Assembly (NCBI GenBank): GCA_043228905.1
Contig: JBHGNT010000015.1
Location: 12,710,001 to 12,774,000 of the forward strand
Length of the DNA stretch: 64,000 nt
From: Azolla caroliniana
Taxonomy: Eukaryota > Plantae > Polypodiophyta
Direction of reading: 5' to 3'
Below the pieces are notes generated by a model, which worked only from the letters and a program-made list of their open reading frames with translations, ran no database searches and was not told where the DNA came from. Shown one piece after another: positions 12,927 to 24,893 of the stretch; the stretch's first letter is position 1, and the number at the start of each line of letters is the position of its first letter. The translations under genes and the position numbers were made by a program.

Positions 12927-15900
12927 CTACAAGTAGCCCAAAAATCAGAAAGTCTCTTGAATCTTGCAGCTTCCATTTGCTCACAATTTTCTCGTGCCCA
13001 TTGACCTTTAAAACGACTTCGCCATTTTGGGAAGAATCTTGCCAAACACTTCCACACATCTAATTTTGGTTTTTCACTCCAAATAAACAAATCAAAGTAT
13101 TGCACAACCCACTCTAGAAACAAATCAAAGTATCGCGTCCCTCCTTGGTTGCATATATCTCACACTCATCAAGACTTTATCAAGCTCCAAGATCAAGGCT
13201 CTTCTTTCGACTTCTAGTGGTTTAGGTTTCCATTCCTAAAACTGAGCCGTTGTTACACCATTTTCTGGTAAGATACGATCAATCTCAATCAGCTCAGGTT
13301 CGGCCGACACAACTGGCGTCCTTTTCCTCTTCAAACCCCTAGTCGACTGTGTTGGGCCTGGCTTCACATTCTGGTGCTCTTGTTTTGTCGACTTAGTTAT
13401 CAATCCTTGGATTACCTCGGTGCATGTAGCTACTGATCTGCTCGATATCAGTCCACTGGTATCACATGCTGCATCTACCTGCAACACCAAGTCATCAGTG
13501 CTACATGCTGCATCTACCTGCAACACCAAGTCATCTGTGCTACATGCTGCATCTACCTGCAACACCAAGTCATCCGTGCTACATGCTGCATCTACCTGCA
13601 ACACCAAGTCATCCGTGCAACATGCTTGATCAACTTGTGTGACCAGATCACTTGTGTGACCCGATCACTTGTGTTAGTTGCTACATCTACTTTCAAGATG
13701 GGGCCCTTTAAACATGCCGCAACATCAACAGTATCCACACTGCCATTGGCCTTACGAGCAATAGAATCAAACCCTTTAGACTCTGCAACATCAGAAAACA
13801 CCAACATATTCACACTCACAAAGTAACTAACAGTCTCACAAAACAACATCTTGAACATCAAAGAGTTTCAGTCATAGAACAACACTCTTCAAATTATCTT
13901 GGAAAAACATCATAGAGTTCCATTACATAATGTGGATCAAGCAACAACCAATCTGAGGTTTTACTTGTCCAACAGGATAGTAAAACTTCATAAAACCCTA
14001 GCAAAATCCCTAAGCTAACAATCATATCCAACTAAACAGTATTTCGCTCCACTACGTCTGGGCCCCTTGACCGAGTAACTGGTCTTGTTCCCGATCGTGG
14101 CCCCTTCTTCAGCCTTTTTCTGGTCGGTTCCCCATTTAGCCTTGCTTCTTTCACCGAATGTGCAAGTGTGTCCTCCTCTGACAACCTTCCCATCGCCTCA
14201 GCAGCTAATTGCACATCAGCCGTTTCTTGAACTAGCTTTTCAAGTACAGAGGGATTTGTTTGGACATTTTCAGTAGTTGGGCTCGGTGGGGTGGAATCAA
14301 GGTCTTGAGATTCGAAGAAATGTTGCATCAAGTGTTCATAAACACTGTTGTTGTGAACCTCAGTTTTACATGTTGTTTCCACTATTTCATGGCATTTCAC
14401 ATCGTTGCCTAATTCAGTACACTGTTCCAAAAGAATAGGGTGGAGCTGTTCTGAAGGAGATGTGATAGCAGGACTCTTACTTTCAGCCACGTTGGCAGTA
14501 GTATTTTCATCTGTTGCAGCGTCATCAGCACCAGACACATCATGTGCCGTCCTTAATCCACAAGATTCTACAATAACATGGCAACTATTTAGGATAGCTA
14601 ATTAGCTACTTTACTAAACTATGGTAGAAGCTAGGATAGCTAATTAGCTAGTACGATAGCTAATTAGCTAGTATGATAGCTAATTAGGATAGCTAATTAG
14701 CTACTTTACTAAACTATGGTAGAAGCTAGGATAGCTAATTAGCTAGTACGATAGCTAATTAGCTAGTATGATAGCTAATTAGGATAGCTAATTAGCTAGT
14801 ACGATAGCTAATTAGCTACTTTACTCAACTATGGTAGTAGCTAGGATAGCTAATTAGCTACTATGGTAGCTAATTAGCTACTTTACTCAACTATGATAGT
14901 AGCTAGGATAGCTAATTAATTAGCTACTTTACTCAACTATGGTAGTAGCTAGGATAGCTAATTAGCTACTATGGTAGCTATGGTAGCTAATTAGCTACTT
15001 TACTCAACTATGGTAGTAGCTAGGATAGCTAATTAGCTACTATGGTAGCTATGGTAGCTAATTAGCTACTTTACTCAACTATGGTAGTAGCTAGGATAGC
15101 TAATTAGCTACTATGGTAGCTATGGTAGCTAATTAGCTACTTTACTCAACTATGGTAGTAGCTAGGATAGCTAATTAGCTACTTTACTCACTATGGTAGT
15201 AGCTAGGATAGCTAATTAGCTACTTTACTAACTATGGTATTAGCTAGGATAGCTAATTAGCTAGTAGGATAGCTAATTAGCTACAATGATAGCTAATTAG
15301 CTACTTTCTCAACTATGTAGTAGCTAGGATAGCTTATTATCTACTAGGATAGCTTATTAGCTACTTTACACAACTATGGCAGTAGCTAATTAGCTACTAT
15401 GAGGGCTAATTAGCTAATAGGATAGCTAATTAGTTGCCAGTAGCTAATTAGCTAGTAGGATAGCTAATTAGCTTTTTTACACAACTATGGTACTAGCTAA
15501 TTAGCTAGTACCATAGCTAATTAGCTACTAGGATAGCTAATTAGCTGCTAGTAGCTAATTAGCTACTAGGATAGCTTATTAGCTGCTTTATACAACTATG
15601 GCAGTAGCTAATTAGCTAGTAGGATAGCTAATTAGCTACTAGGATAGCTAATTAGTTGCCAGTAGCTAATTAGCTACTAGGATAGCTAATTAGCTTTTTT
15701 ACACAACTATGGTACTAGCTAATTAGCTAGTAGCTCATTATCTGCCAATAGCTAATTAGCTAGTAGGATAGCTAATTAGCTACTTTACACAACTATGGTG
15801 CTAGCTAATTAGCTATGAGTAGCTAATTAGCTAGTAGCTAACTAGCTGGCATTAGCTAATTAGCTAGTAGCTAACTAGCTGGCATTAGCTAATTAGCTAG

Positions 15901-18330
15901 TAGCTAACTAGCTGGCATTAGCTAATTAGCTGCTAGTAGGATAGCTAATTAGCTAGTAGCTAACTAGCTGCCACTTAGCTAATTAACTATTGTAGTAAAC
16001 TATGGCAGTAGCTAATTAACTAATAGGATAGCTATTAGCTGCTTTAATCAACTATGGTAGTAGCTAATTAGCTACAACGATAGCAGCAAAATAGTTTCCA
16101 TACTTTTTACGACTTAGCTAATTAGAAAAGACTAAGCTTATTAGCTACAGTATGGTATACCTATTAGTTTTCTCCACTCATTTGGTAGAGCTGGCTGTAC
16201 TGCAATCTCCCAAACAGAATGCAGCAATTCGACAGGCATGTTGAAAACAAAGCAGATGGTATGTGTGGTTGCATGGTTGTAGGTGAACCAACAAAGACGC
16301 AATTTTGTCCTCCACACCTAACCCGCAAGCGATGCAACGTGCTTGAACTGTCAATAAATCATTTTCTGGTTTTGCTTCATTTGGTAAGGGAGCAAGAATG
16401 TTCAGGTCCAAATCCTGTCTGGTCCTTACCATTCCCTCCACAAAATGTAGCTGCTTCTTAAGGCAGCTAACTACCTGTTCTTGATGAATGTATTGTTCCT
16501 TCAACGCAACAGAGAAATTTACCGATTAATTATTCCTGTTGTTGAAAGATACACCAACTTTGCTCAGGAATCGTTAACTTACTTGAAGCTTATCCAAATT
16601 GTAATCTGCAACAGTATTTACACCTAGAAGGTCCAGGTTCATTGAAAGAACCTGGATCTCTATTTGCAGTTGTATTTTACGCTGGGGATCCAGTGGCCCC
16701 TCTAATTCAAGCTCCTGTTGCGCAACCTATTCTAGATAATGCTTGATTAGCACATTTTACCCTTAAAGTTATTTATAACACAATCACATACCAACAAAAC
16801 AATAGTTACCTGAATCTTATTTCTAATCGTTGTAACAGCGGAAGTAACTTTGCTCTCCATTGCAGAAGCCATTGTGGCTTTCTCTAAATCAGTCTTAAAA
16901 CATGTCAATGTCTCACATGCTTCATGGACATTTTTTAGCATATAGCTAACCAATGTGTCACCTATATCATCGACATTGGCTTTCCTTGGGTGTCGGTGTG
17001 ATGTATGCCCCCGGTCTTGCTGGGAGTCGGCAGTTGCATCAACAACTGCCATGCTCCAAAATCTGTCTATTTTTTGTGCCAAGGTCCCCATCTTTCGGCA
17101 TCTTTTTACCGATGCCTCACCATAGACTGCCCAAGCTACCCTATACATTTGAGGGTCTCTAGATTCCTTCGCTGTTTTGCAGTACTCATATGCAAATGCT
17201 CTAGCAAATGAAACTGACAACTCATTGTTGACTGGGATCTCCTGATGAACTTTCTGGTGCAGTCTCATGCAGTCATCATACAAGTCGGCTCGTACATGCT
17301 TCAGCTTGACCTTGCCTTTGACTCTAGGCATTGTATATACTGTCATCCAGTCTACATCACTGATCAATTTATCACTTAGGACAATAGGGTCAACACCCTC
17401 GAGTGACAGACCATAGGTGTTGTGGAAGTCCTCCTTTGTCTCGCAAAATTTTGCGAAGTTTAGCACTCTTGTATACGGAGGAACGAGCCATCTGAAATAT
17501 CATTTCAAAAATTAGAAATAGTGCAAAATCAGAATATGTGAGAATCAGAAACCCCAATCAAAAACAACAAAAATGGTGCAAAATCTTTAACTTAGCAAAT
17601 CAGAAACCCTAATCATAATTTGTATTCAGAAATTTGAAATCAGAAACCCTAATCAAAATTTGTAATCAGAAGTTTGAAATCAGAAACGCTAATCAAAATC
17701 TGTAATCAGAAGTTTGTAACCAGAAACCCTATTCAGAAATTCTAATAAGAAATTTATAATCAAAAACCCTAATCAGAAATTTCAATTAGAAACCCTAATC
17801 AGAAAATTCAATCACAAACCCTAATCAGAAATCCTAAACAAAAATTTATAAACAAAAACCCTATTCAGAAATTCTAATCAGAAATTCTAATCTGTAATCA
17901 AAATTTGTAACCAGAAACCCTATTCAGAAATTCTAATCAGAAATTTATAATCAAAAACCCTAATCAGAAATTTCAATCAGAAATTTCAATCACAAACCCT
18001 AATCAGAAATTCTAATCAGAAATTTATAAACAAAAACCCTAATCAGAAATTTCAATCAGAAACCCCAATCATCACTAAAGACAGGATTAAACACAAAAAA
18101 AGTAATATAAACACACCTGTTGCTACTCCCCGATTTGCGAGACATCCTTGTATGGGACTCCAAGGACTTCGCCCTATTTGATTTTGGAGAAATATGAATC
18201 GGCACCAAAGTTCAGACAGTAGTCAAAAAGAAAAAACAAATGTTTGGGGTTTCTGTAACTGAAACATACCTGGACGATGATCGAGCGGGTTCTGTGTTGT
18301 AGCTCTCAATCTGCAATGTCGATTTTCTGC
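12899..18330 (-). CDS. Multi-exon accessory gene of the Sola2 element (probably partly decayed): unknown N-terminal domain, coiled region, RING-like finger, acidic and repeat region
   Basis: ORF blocks bounded by AG/GT sites at ~17491-16810, ~16727-16583, ~16499-16162, ~14550-14040 and ~13785-12899. CIAC...CNHTYHLLC...C motif. Exon limits are approximate. Confidence 0.6.
13465..13627 (-). repeat. 39-bp coding tandem repeat (TDDLVLQVDAACS x4)
   Basis: CATGCTGCATCTACCTGCAACACCAAGTCATC repeated 4 times. Confidence 0.9.
14590..16150. repeat. Second intronic array of TAGCTAATTAGCTA-based units
   Basis: Dozens of GATAGCTAATTAGCTA cores with variable spacers such as CTTTACTCAACTATGGTAG, lying between exons of the accessory gene. 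Confidence 0.95.
17520..18072. repeat. Intronic AAACCCTAATCAG (telo-box-containing) minisatellite
   Basis: Repeated CAGAAACCCTAATCAGAAAT variants. Confidence 0.85.
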
Positions 18331-18624
18331 TGTTGCGGGAGCTACGTCTGCATTCGTGCTCTGAGTACTCCATCTGCGTTCAAAATCAGACTTAGGCTAA
18401 ACAGGAAATTGATGACATTGAAGTCGACCTTAGATGATGGTGCTATTCCCCAAGTTCCACTACGTCTGAAACAGAAGTTCAAATATTTGAGTTTTTTCAT
18501 AAATTAGTTTTTCAAATATTTGATTTTCCCACAAAAAAGACTAGTTAAACAAATAGCTAATTAGCTATGGCCATTTTAGTAGCTAATTAGTTATAATAGT
18601 GTTTCTACTCGCATGCTTTTACCC

Positions 18625-20944
18625 ACTAACAGTACATGAGAATCATGCTCTTCTTGGGTCTTCAAATAAACCAGTAGATCATCTAAAGAGATGATCAAAC
18701 AAATATCCAAGAGATCTCGGAAAATATCATTTTCCATGTGTTGGAAGACTATTGGCGCATTAGTGAGGCCGAACGGCATGACCGTATACTCAAAGTGCCC
18801 ATATCTAGTGCGAAACGCAGTCTTCCATTCGTAAGTCGATCTTCGTGAAGAACTTGGCACCATTGATCCGTTCTAAAAGACTTGAGATAAGGGGAAGTGC
18901 ATACCTATTTCTAATTGTAACCTTATTCAAGCCACTCTAATCTACAACGAGACGAAGTGATCCATCCTTTTTCTTGACGAAGAAAATGGGTGCGCCGGCT
19001 AGAGATTTCGAATGCCCAATAAAACTATTTTCCAAATTCTCCTTTATATAGGCTCGCAGGACTACTAGCTCGGTTGGTGACAAATTGTAGATCGGTCCCC
19101 ATGGTGACTCTTTCCCCGGTTGTAAATCGATGGGGCAATCATACGGTCAATGGTGAGGAAGCGTATTGGCTTGTACTTTATCGAACACATCGGCATAATG
19201 ATGATACTTCTTTGGAAGTTGAAGGGTGGAATCCTCTTTAATGGTGTCTGAGGGCCTTACTGATATTGCGAAGAGAAACATTTCTTCATTGCGTCCTTCT
19301 TCCCGCAATTGATGTAGCGAAATGGTTGTAATCTCATGAGTAGACCCTCGGGCTTTTCGATACCAGATTTCTCTTGTTCTCCAATCCATGTTTGGGTTAT
19401 GTAATTCAAACCATGGTAATCCTAAAAAAATGGGGTGTTCTGGGATGCTAATTATATTAAATGATACTACACATGCTAGATTATCTAGCACAATATTAAC
19501 GGGCTCTGACTCTTCTATGATATTTCCGGAAGCAATGGGACGACCATCAATGACTACTACAGAGGCTGGACACGAGAGTTTTCTGAGTGATATCTGATGA
19601 GCTTGGGCAAAGATCCTATCCATGAAGCAAGAATTAGCTCCGGAATCTAGAAGTGTTAAGACATGTACTAGAGGGGTACTTTTAGTACAAATGTTACTTG
19701 GGCTACGAACACATTGCTAACTTGCTTAGAGGGAATGGAACCACTAATGGGCTGCACAAATCTAGGGCTATCCAACCAAACGGCTCCTATTTTGGCTGGA
19801 CTTAGTCGTTTAACTCTTCTTCTAACTGACTAAGGACATCAAATTTGTTCGCTAGATTTGGGCTATTAGTACTATTAGGACTATCAGATATCCCTATTGA
19901 AATAGACTCGGGTTTAGTACAATCAGAACTTGCAACTATTTGGTTTACCTGCCTTCTTGGCCTATGGGTACAGTTTACCGCGATATGCCTTGGTCCACCG
20001 CAATAAAGACATAGTCGGTTTGCTCGGCATCGTTGCTTTTCTTCTTCCAATAGCGGTCCACGACAACGTGTGGTGTCAATTTCCATCGGAGTTGGAGTAC
20101 TTACTAGAGGCACATTATATGACTACCTCGGAAAAGGTTTCGCTACCATTGAGGCGTAGGTAGGCTCAGATCTTGCCCTTGGCATCTAGAATTGACATTC
20201 TGAACGCCGTTCGAAGAGGCGATTGTCGCATCTCACTGCGCGACTGATTGCTTCTATTAATGACTTTGGTTCTTCGGGAAAGGTCAAGAGTAAATCTTTG
20301 ACATCGTTACGTAGACCATAACGAAATTGCTCAATTAATGCTTGATCATCCTAGGGGATATCGGAGGCGAGTAGACAAAAATCTGCAGCGTATGTGGAGG
20401 CTAGACGATCGCCTTGACGTAGTCGTCGGATTTTGTTGATTGTTGTCCTTATGCTGTCAGTATCTCCAAAACAGGCTTTAAACTCACTTATAAATTCTTC
20501 AAATTTGTTTAGTACTGGAGATTCTTTTTCTAACAACGGAGCGAACCATGCCAACGCTGAGCCACTTAACAACGTGCCTACTAAACCCACTCGTGATGCA
20601 TCGGTGGGATATCGGGAAGGATGCATCTGAATAACTAGTCGTACCTAATTAAGGAACCCCCTAAACTGCAATCGCGTTCCATCGAATTTCATGGGAAGGC
20701 CGATCTTGGGTTCTTTATGAATCCCTTGTGTTCCGGGTCCTTGTTGTTGCATCGCTACGATGGTTGCTTCGATTTGTTGCACACGTAACGTCAGCTCCCC
20801 GTGTTGTTGTTGTTTTTCCTGTGCTATTTGTTGAAGATCCCCCAACAAACGATGATTTTCTTGTTCTAGTGCTACAAATTTCTTCTTTAAGCACTGGAGT
20901 TCCGAGAAAACAGATTGGTATTCCTGAACACTAACAGTTTCCAT
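18625..20944 (-). pseudogene. chromovirus A gag and PR-RT 5' part
   Basis: gag ORF pieces 20944-19802; protease; RT motifs [12 protein letters not shown] and MPFGLTNAP. Confidence 0.9.
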
Positions 20945-21101
20945 TTTACTAGGGAGGATAAGAGGATTAGTATGAAAGGAAGAAAGGGGTAAGAAGATGT
21001 GGGAAACCGAAAAGAAGACCGGAAAAAGGGGATATGTAAGAAGATAAAAGGAAGAGGAGGAAAGGAGGAGACGGAAGGAGGACGTGAAAATCGGTTCAAA
21101 C

Positions 21102-21191
21102 TGTCAGGATCAGTACTAAGACAGAGAAGGAATTAGTACTAAAAAATGAGGATTAGTACTAAGAGAGGTGTATAACTCTCGATAGAAGGAA

Positions 21192-21256
<65 letters not shown>

Positions 21257-21549
21257 TGATAAAAGATATATATTATGTGAAGAGAGTATACAATAGTAGC
21301 TAGGAGGCTTAAGACTGGCGTTGAACCGGTTTGGTTCAAAATAATGCCTTGTGCCTCCTTTTATAGTGTTCTCAGGAGTACTCCTGAAGCTTTTAGAATG
21401 TTCCAGAGAAATCTGGAATATACATCAATTTTCTATAATAAAACATAAATGAAAATGATATTTTATATATTACAATGTATGGTCTAATGGTCAAGAGCTC
21501 GACCCATGTAGCATAAGGTCATGGGTTTGAGTCTTGCTATATTATGACA
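21102..21549 (-). repeat. 5' LTR of chromovirus A
   Basis: Paired with 5776-6211; adjacent non-tRNA PBS at 21088-21099. Confidence 0.93.
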
Positions 21550-22090
21550 ATTGCCAACATAATAACGAAGAACATATGATTACAAAACGTCTCTTTCTTT
21601 CTTGTTGTTTTATCGTATTTACCTTTTTTTTCCAAAAACAAAACCACTTCCATTAGTTAAGGCAATGTACATAGGATAATAAACAACTCATATCTTACAA
21701 GCCAACTTGCATGACGAAACAGGAAAAGAAACTCCAAAACTCCACATCCTCCGATGAGCATAGCATTACTCGACCGCATACCCTCCACGTGAGCCTCATA
21801 CAACCCGAATTCCTCATAGACATCCTCCAATATTTTCTTGTGGCAACACCCATCTATATGTTAGGTACACTCGGGGGGAACAACCACTATGGTGGTTGAT
21901 CATTCCACTTAGCTTTGTCATCCACCATCTGCAGCATCGAAGAACCTCTCCATTTTAGAAGGAATCGAGCTCTAGCTTCCCCACTCGCGTCCATGGGCCC
22001 CTGAAGACTTTCAAATGCTTCTCGTAGCATAGAAATAAGATTAAACCAGATCATCATTAAACTCTCAACCGATGGGGTTTAGGGTTTAGG

Positions 22091-23300
22091 GTTCAACAAA
22101 ATCCAAAAATCTCTGAGTTTGAGCTTCAATAACATTTCCCACCTCTTCAAACCCCAAATGAAACAAATGATTAAATTGAGAGTGCAATTTCTCCTTTGAT
22201 TGTGAACATTATAGTCAAGCATTTCCCACCTCTTTAACCCCCAGATGAAACAAAGAATTAAATTGAAACTACAATTTCTCCTTTGATTGCCAACATAATA
22301 ATGAAGAAGACACGATTACAAAAAGTCTCTTTCTTTCTTGTTGTTTTTTTATCGTAATTACCTTACCCTAGCTCTACTACTGAATAATAAACGTAGATTT
22401 GAGTGGAATGCATAATAAGCATCATAGTTCAACAAAATCCAAAAATCTTTGAGTTTGAGCTTCAATTACATTTCCCACCTCTTCAAACCCCAAATGAAAC
22501 AAATGATTAAATTGAGAGTGCAATTTCTCCTTTGATTGTGAACATTATAGTCGAGCATTTCCCACCTCTTAAACCACCAGATGAAACAAATGATTAAATT
22601 GAGACTACAATTTCTCCCTTGATTGCCAACATAATAATGAAGAAGACACGATTACAAAAAGTCTTTTTCTTTCTTGTTGTTTTTTTTATCGTAATTACCT
22701 TATCCTAGCTCTACTACCGAATAATAAACTAAGAATTGAGTGGATTGCATAATAAGCATCATAGTTCAACGAAATCCAAAAATCTTTGAGTTTGGGCTTC
22801 AATTACATTTCCTACCTCTTCAAACCCCAAATGTAACAAACGATTAAATTGAGACTACAATTTCTCCTTTGATTGCCAACATAATAATGAAGAAGACACA
22901 ATTACAAAAAGTCTCTTTCTTTCTTGTTGTTTTTTTTATCGTAATTACCTTATCCTAGCTCTACTACCGAATAATAAACTAAGAATTGAGTGGAATGCAT
23001 AATAAGCATCATAGTTCAACAAAATCCAAAAATCTTTGAGTTTGAGCTTCAATTACATTTCCCACCTCTTCAAACCCCAAATGTAACAAACGATTAAATT
23101 GAGACTGCAATTTCTCCTTTGATTGCGAACATAATAGTCAAGCATTTCCCACCTCTTTAACCGCCAAATGAAACAAAGGATTAAATTGAGACTACAATTT
23201 CTCCTTTGATTGCCAACATAATAACAAAGAAGACATGATAACACAACATATCTTTCTTTCTTGTTGTTTTTTTATCGTAATTACCTTATCCTAGCTCTAC
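22091..23300. repeat. Tandem satellite, ~335-bp units with ~77-bp internal subrepeats
   Basis: GTTCAACAAAATCCAAAAATC recurs at ~22091, 22426, 22763 and 23014. Confidence 0.9.
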
Positions 23301-24028
23301 TAGTAACTCTAGGTCTTGGTTTTGAGACCCAATATTCTAAATTCTCTATTACTCCATACATATCCTCTATTCAATTGTAGTCCTTAGAATTGTTGATGAT
23401 TATCAAGCACAAACAAATGCCTAACAACCAAGTATATACCTTGCAAAGGAATAAAAAAATGTAGTGCAAAGGGAAAAAAGTTTCATAATGATTGATATGA
23501 AGCTCGAAAATTCCTTATGAGTTTGTTATAATCAAGGATAAGGAAAATTATAAAAAACGATTGCATGAATATAAAAGACTTTCAAAGAAAAAGAAGAATA
23601 TGGGAAGTTACTCAAAAACCGCATCAAACATGAGAAAGCAAATGCATGTGCTAAATATTGAGAAATCTAAATGGGAAATGTGTTGAGCATTTATGGTGAC
23701 TTAACTCTTATGGACTTGTCTATGCATTATAAGAAAGTATATGGGCACTCAAATGTTGGAAAGATGATGTGTTATGGTTCTCTTTCACATACACGTCCAT
23801 TCTTTACAATTGAAGATGTATGCATAGGGCTTAAGAATTTGGCCTTTTAAAATGAAAGGGATGATCAAAGTCCAAAAGTTGAAAGGTTCAAATGGATAGG
23901 AAAGGAAGTACATACAAGAATAAGTGATATGTTTAGTTATGGATTGCAACATGGTGTCAGGAATAGTACTAAAGCAGAGATGGAGGTAGTACTAAAGAAG
24001 GGAAGTACTATTAGTACTAAGAGGACGG

Positions 24029-24732
24029 TGTCGTAGTGTATTCCACACACTACGTGAAAACCATAAAATAATATCTCTGATTTTAGATACATATAAATAA
24101 ATAAATAATATATCAAAATATTTATCACGTGCATAGGGCAGGATTCGAACCCTGGACCTCCAAGTAGATAAACCTCAACTTTATCATTGTAATAACTTAT
24201 CTTTAGTGTTATACATATAGATTTAATACGTATAAGACCTTTATTTACACATACCTTTATTAAAAGGTAAAAATCATGTATTCTTTAGGGTGTGAATATT
24301 TTATTTACACGTGACATTAAAAGTGACTCATGCACATCTAGCGTGCATGAGCCCTATACTTAGGAAATGACAAAGCATCACATGCACATTTAGTGTGCAT
24401 GGACACTTTTGGTGAAAAAGCATGAAGTCATGCTTAGCCTCTTCCATCTTTATATAAGGAGGAGAGAAATATGTATAAGGTTGTTGATTAATATACAAGG
24501 ATTGATCAATCCAATATATTCGTGGGATTCACGAATTTTGCCATCTAAATTACTCTTATAATCTAAATATTGTTTTAAATACACTAAACTCGTGGGATTC
24601 ACGAGATTGCTATCTTACTTCTCTTTCTACTATTCATAACTAGCCTTAAGTTGTATTCCTCTTCCTCCTAGTCCAAAACCTCGGCGGTTCCCACCCGACT
24701 CACGCAACGATCCGGAGCCGAAAGGCACGACA
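24029..24732 (+). mobile_element. Solo LTR of the tRNA-Trp-primed family (family C)
   Basis: TGTCGT...ACGACA termini, 4-bp TSD ACGG, homologous to 25485-26382. Confidence 0.9.
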
Positions 24733-24751
24733 ACGGGACTACGTAAGACTC

Positions 24752-24825
<74 letters not shown>

Positions 24826-24893
24826 TAGATAGATAGATTATATTATCGTCTTCGGAGATCAAATATGACCTATGAGACCAAAAATATTACATT

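Larger units (their letters stand above)
8595..18624 (+). mobile_element. Sola2-like DNA transposon, structurally complete (10,030 bp)
   Basis: 24-bp TIRs GGGTGAAAGCATGCGAGTGGAAAC / GTTTCTACTCGCATGCTTTTACCC (2 mismatches). 4-bp TSD ACTA at 8591-8594 and 18625-18628; removing the element restores the chromovirus RT. GGG..CCC termini with a 4-bp TSD fit Sola2. Confidence 0.88.
5776..21549 (-). mobile_element. Ty3/gypsy chromovirus, Tcn1-like (copy A), full length but decayed; hosts the Sola2 element
   Basis: LTRs at 5776-6211 and 21102-21549 (TG...CA). TSD ATTGC at 5771-5775 and 21550-21554. Order is gag (CLYCGGPRH zinc knuckle), PR (LLDSGA), RT, RH, INT and chromodomain. PPT adjacent to 6212. 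Confidence 0.95.

Noticed and set aside
21640-22070. Unique-looking stretch with a 62-aa ORF
   Set aside because: No recognisable motif, splice structure or termini.
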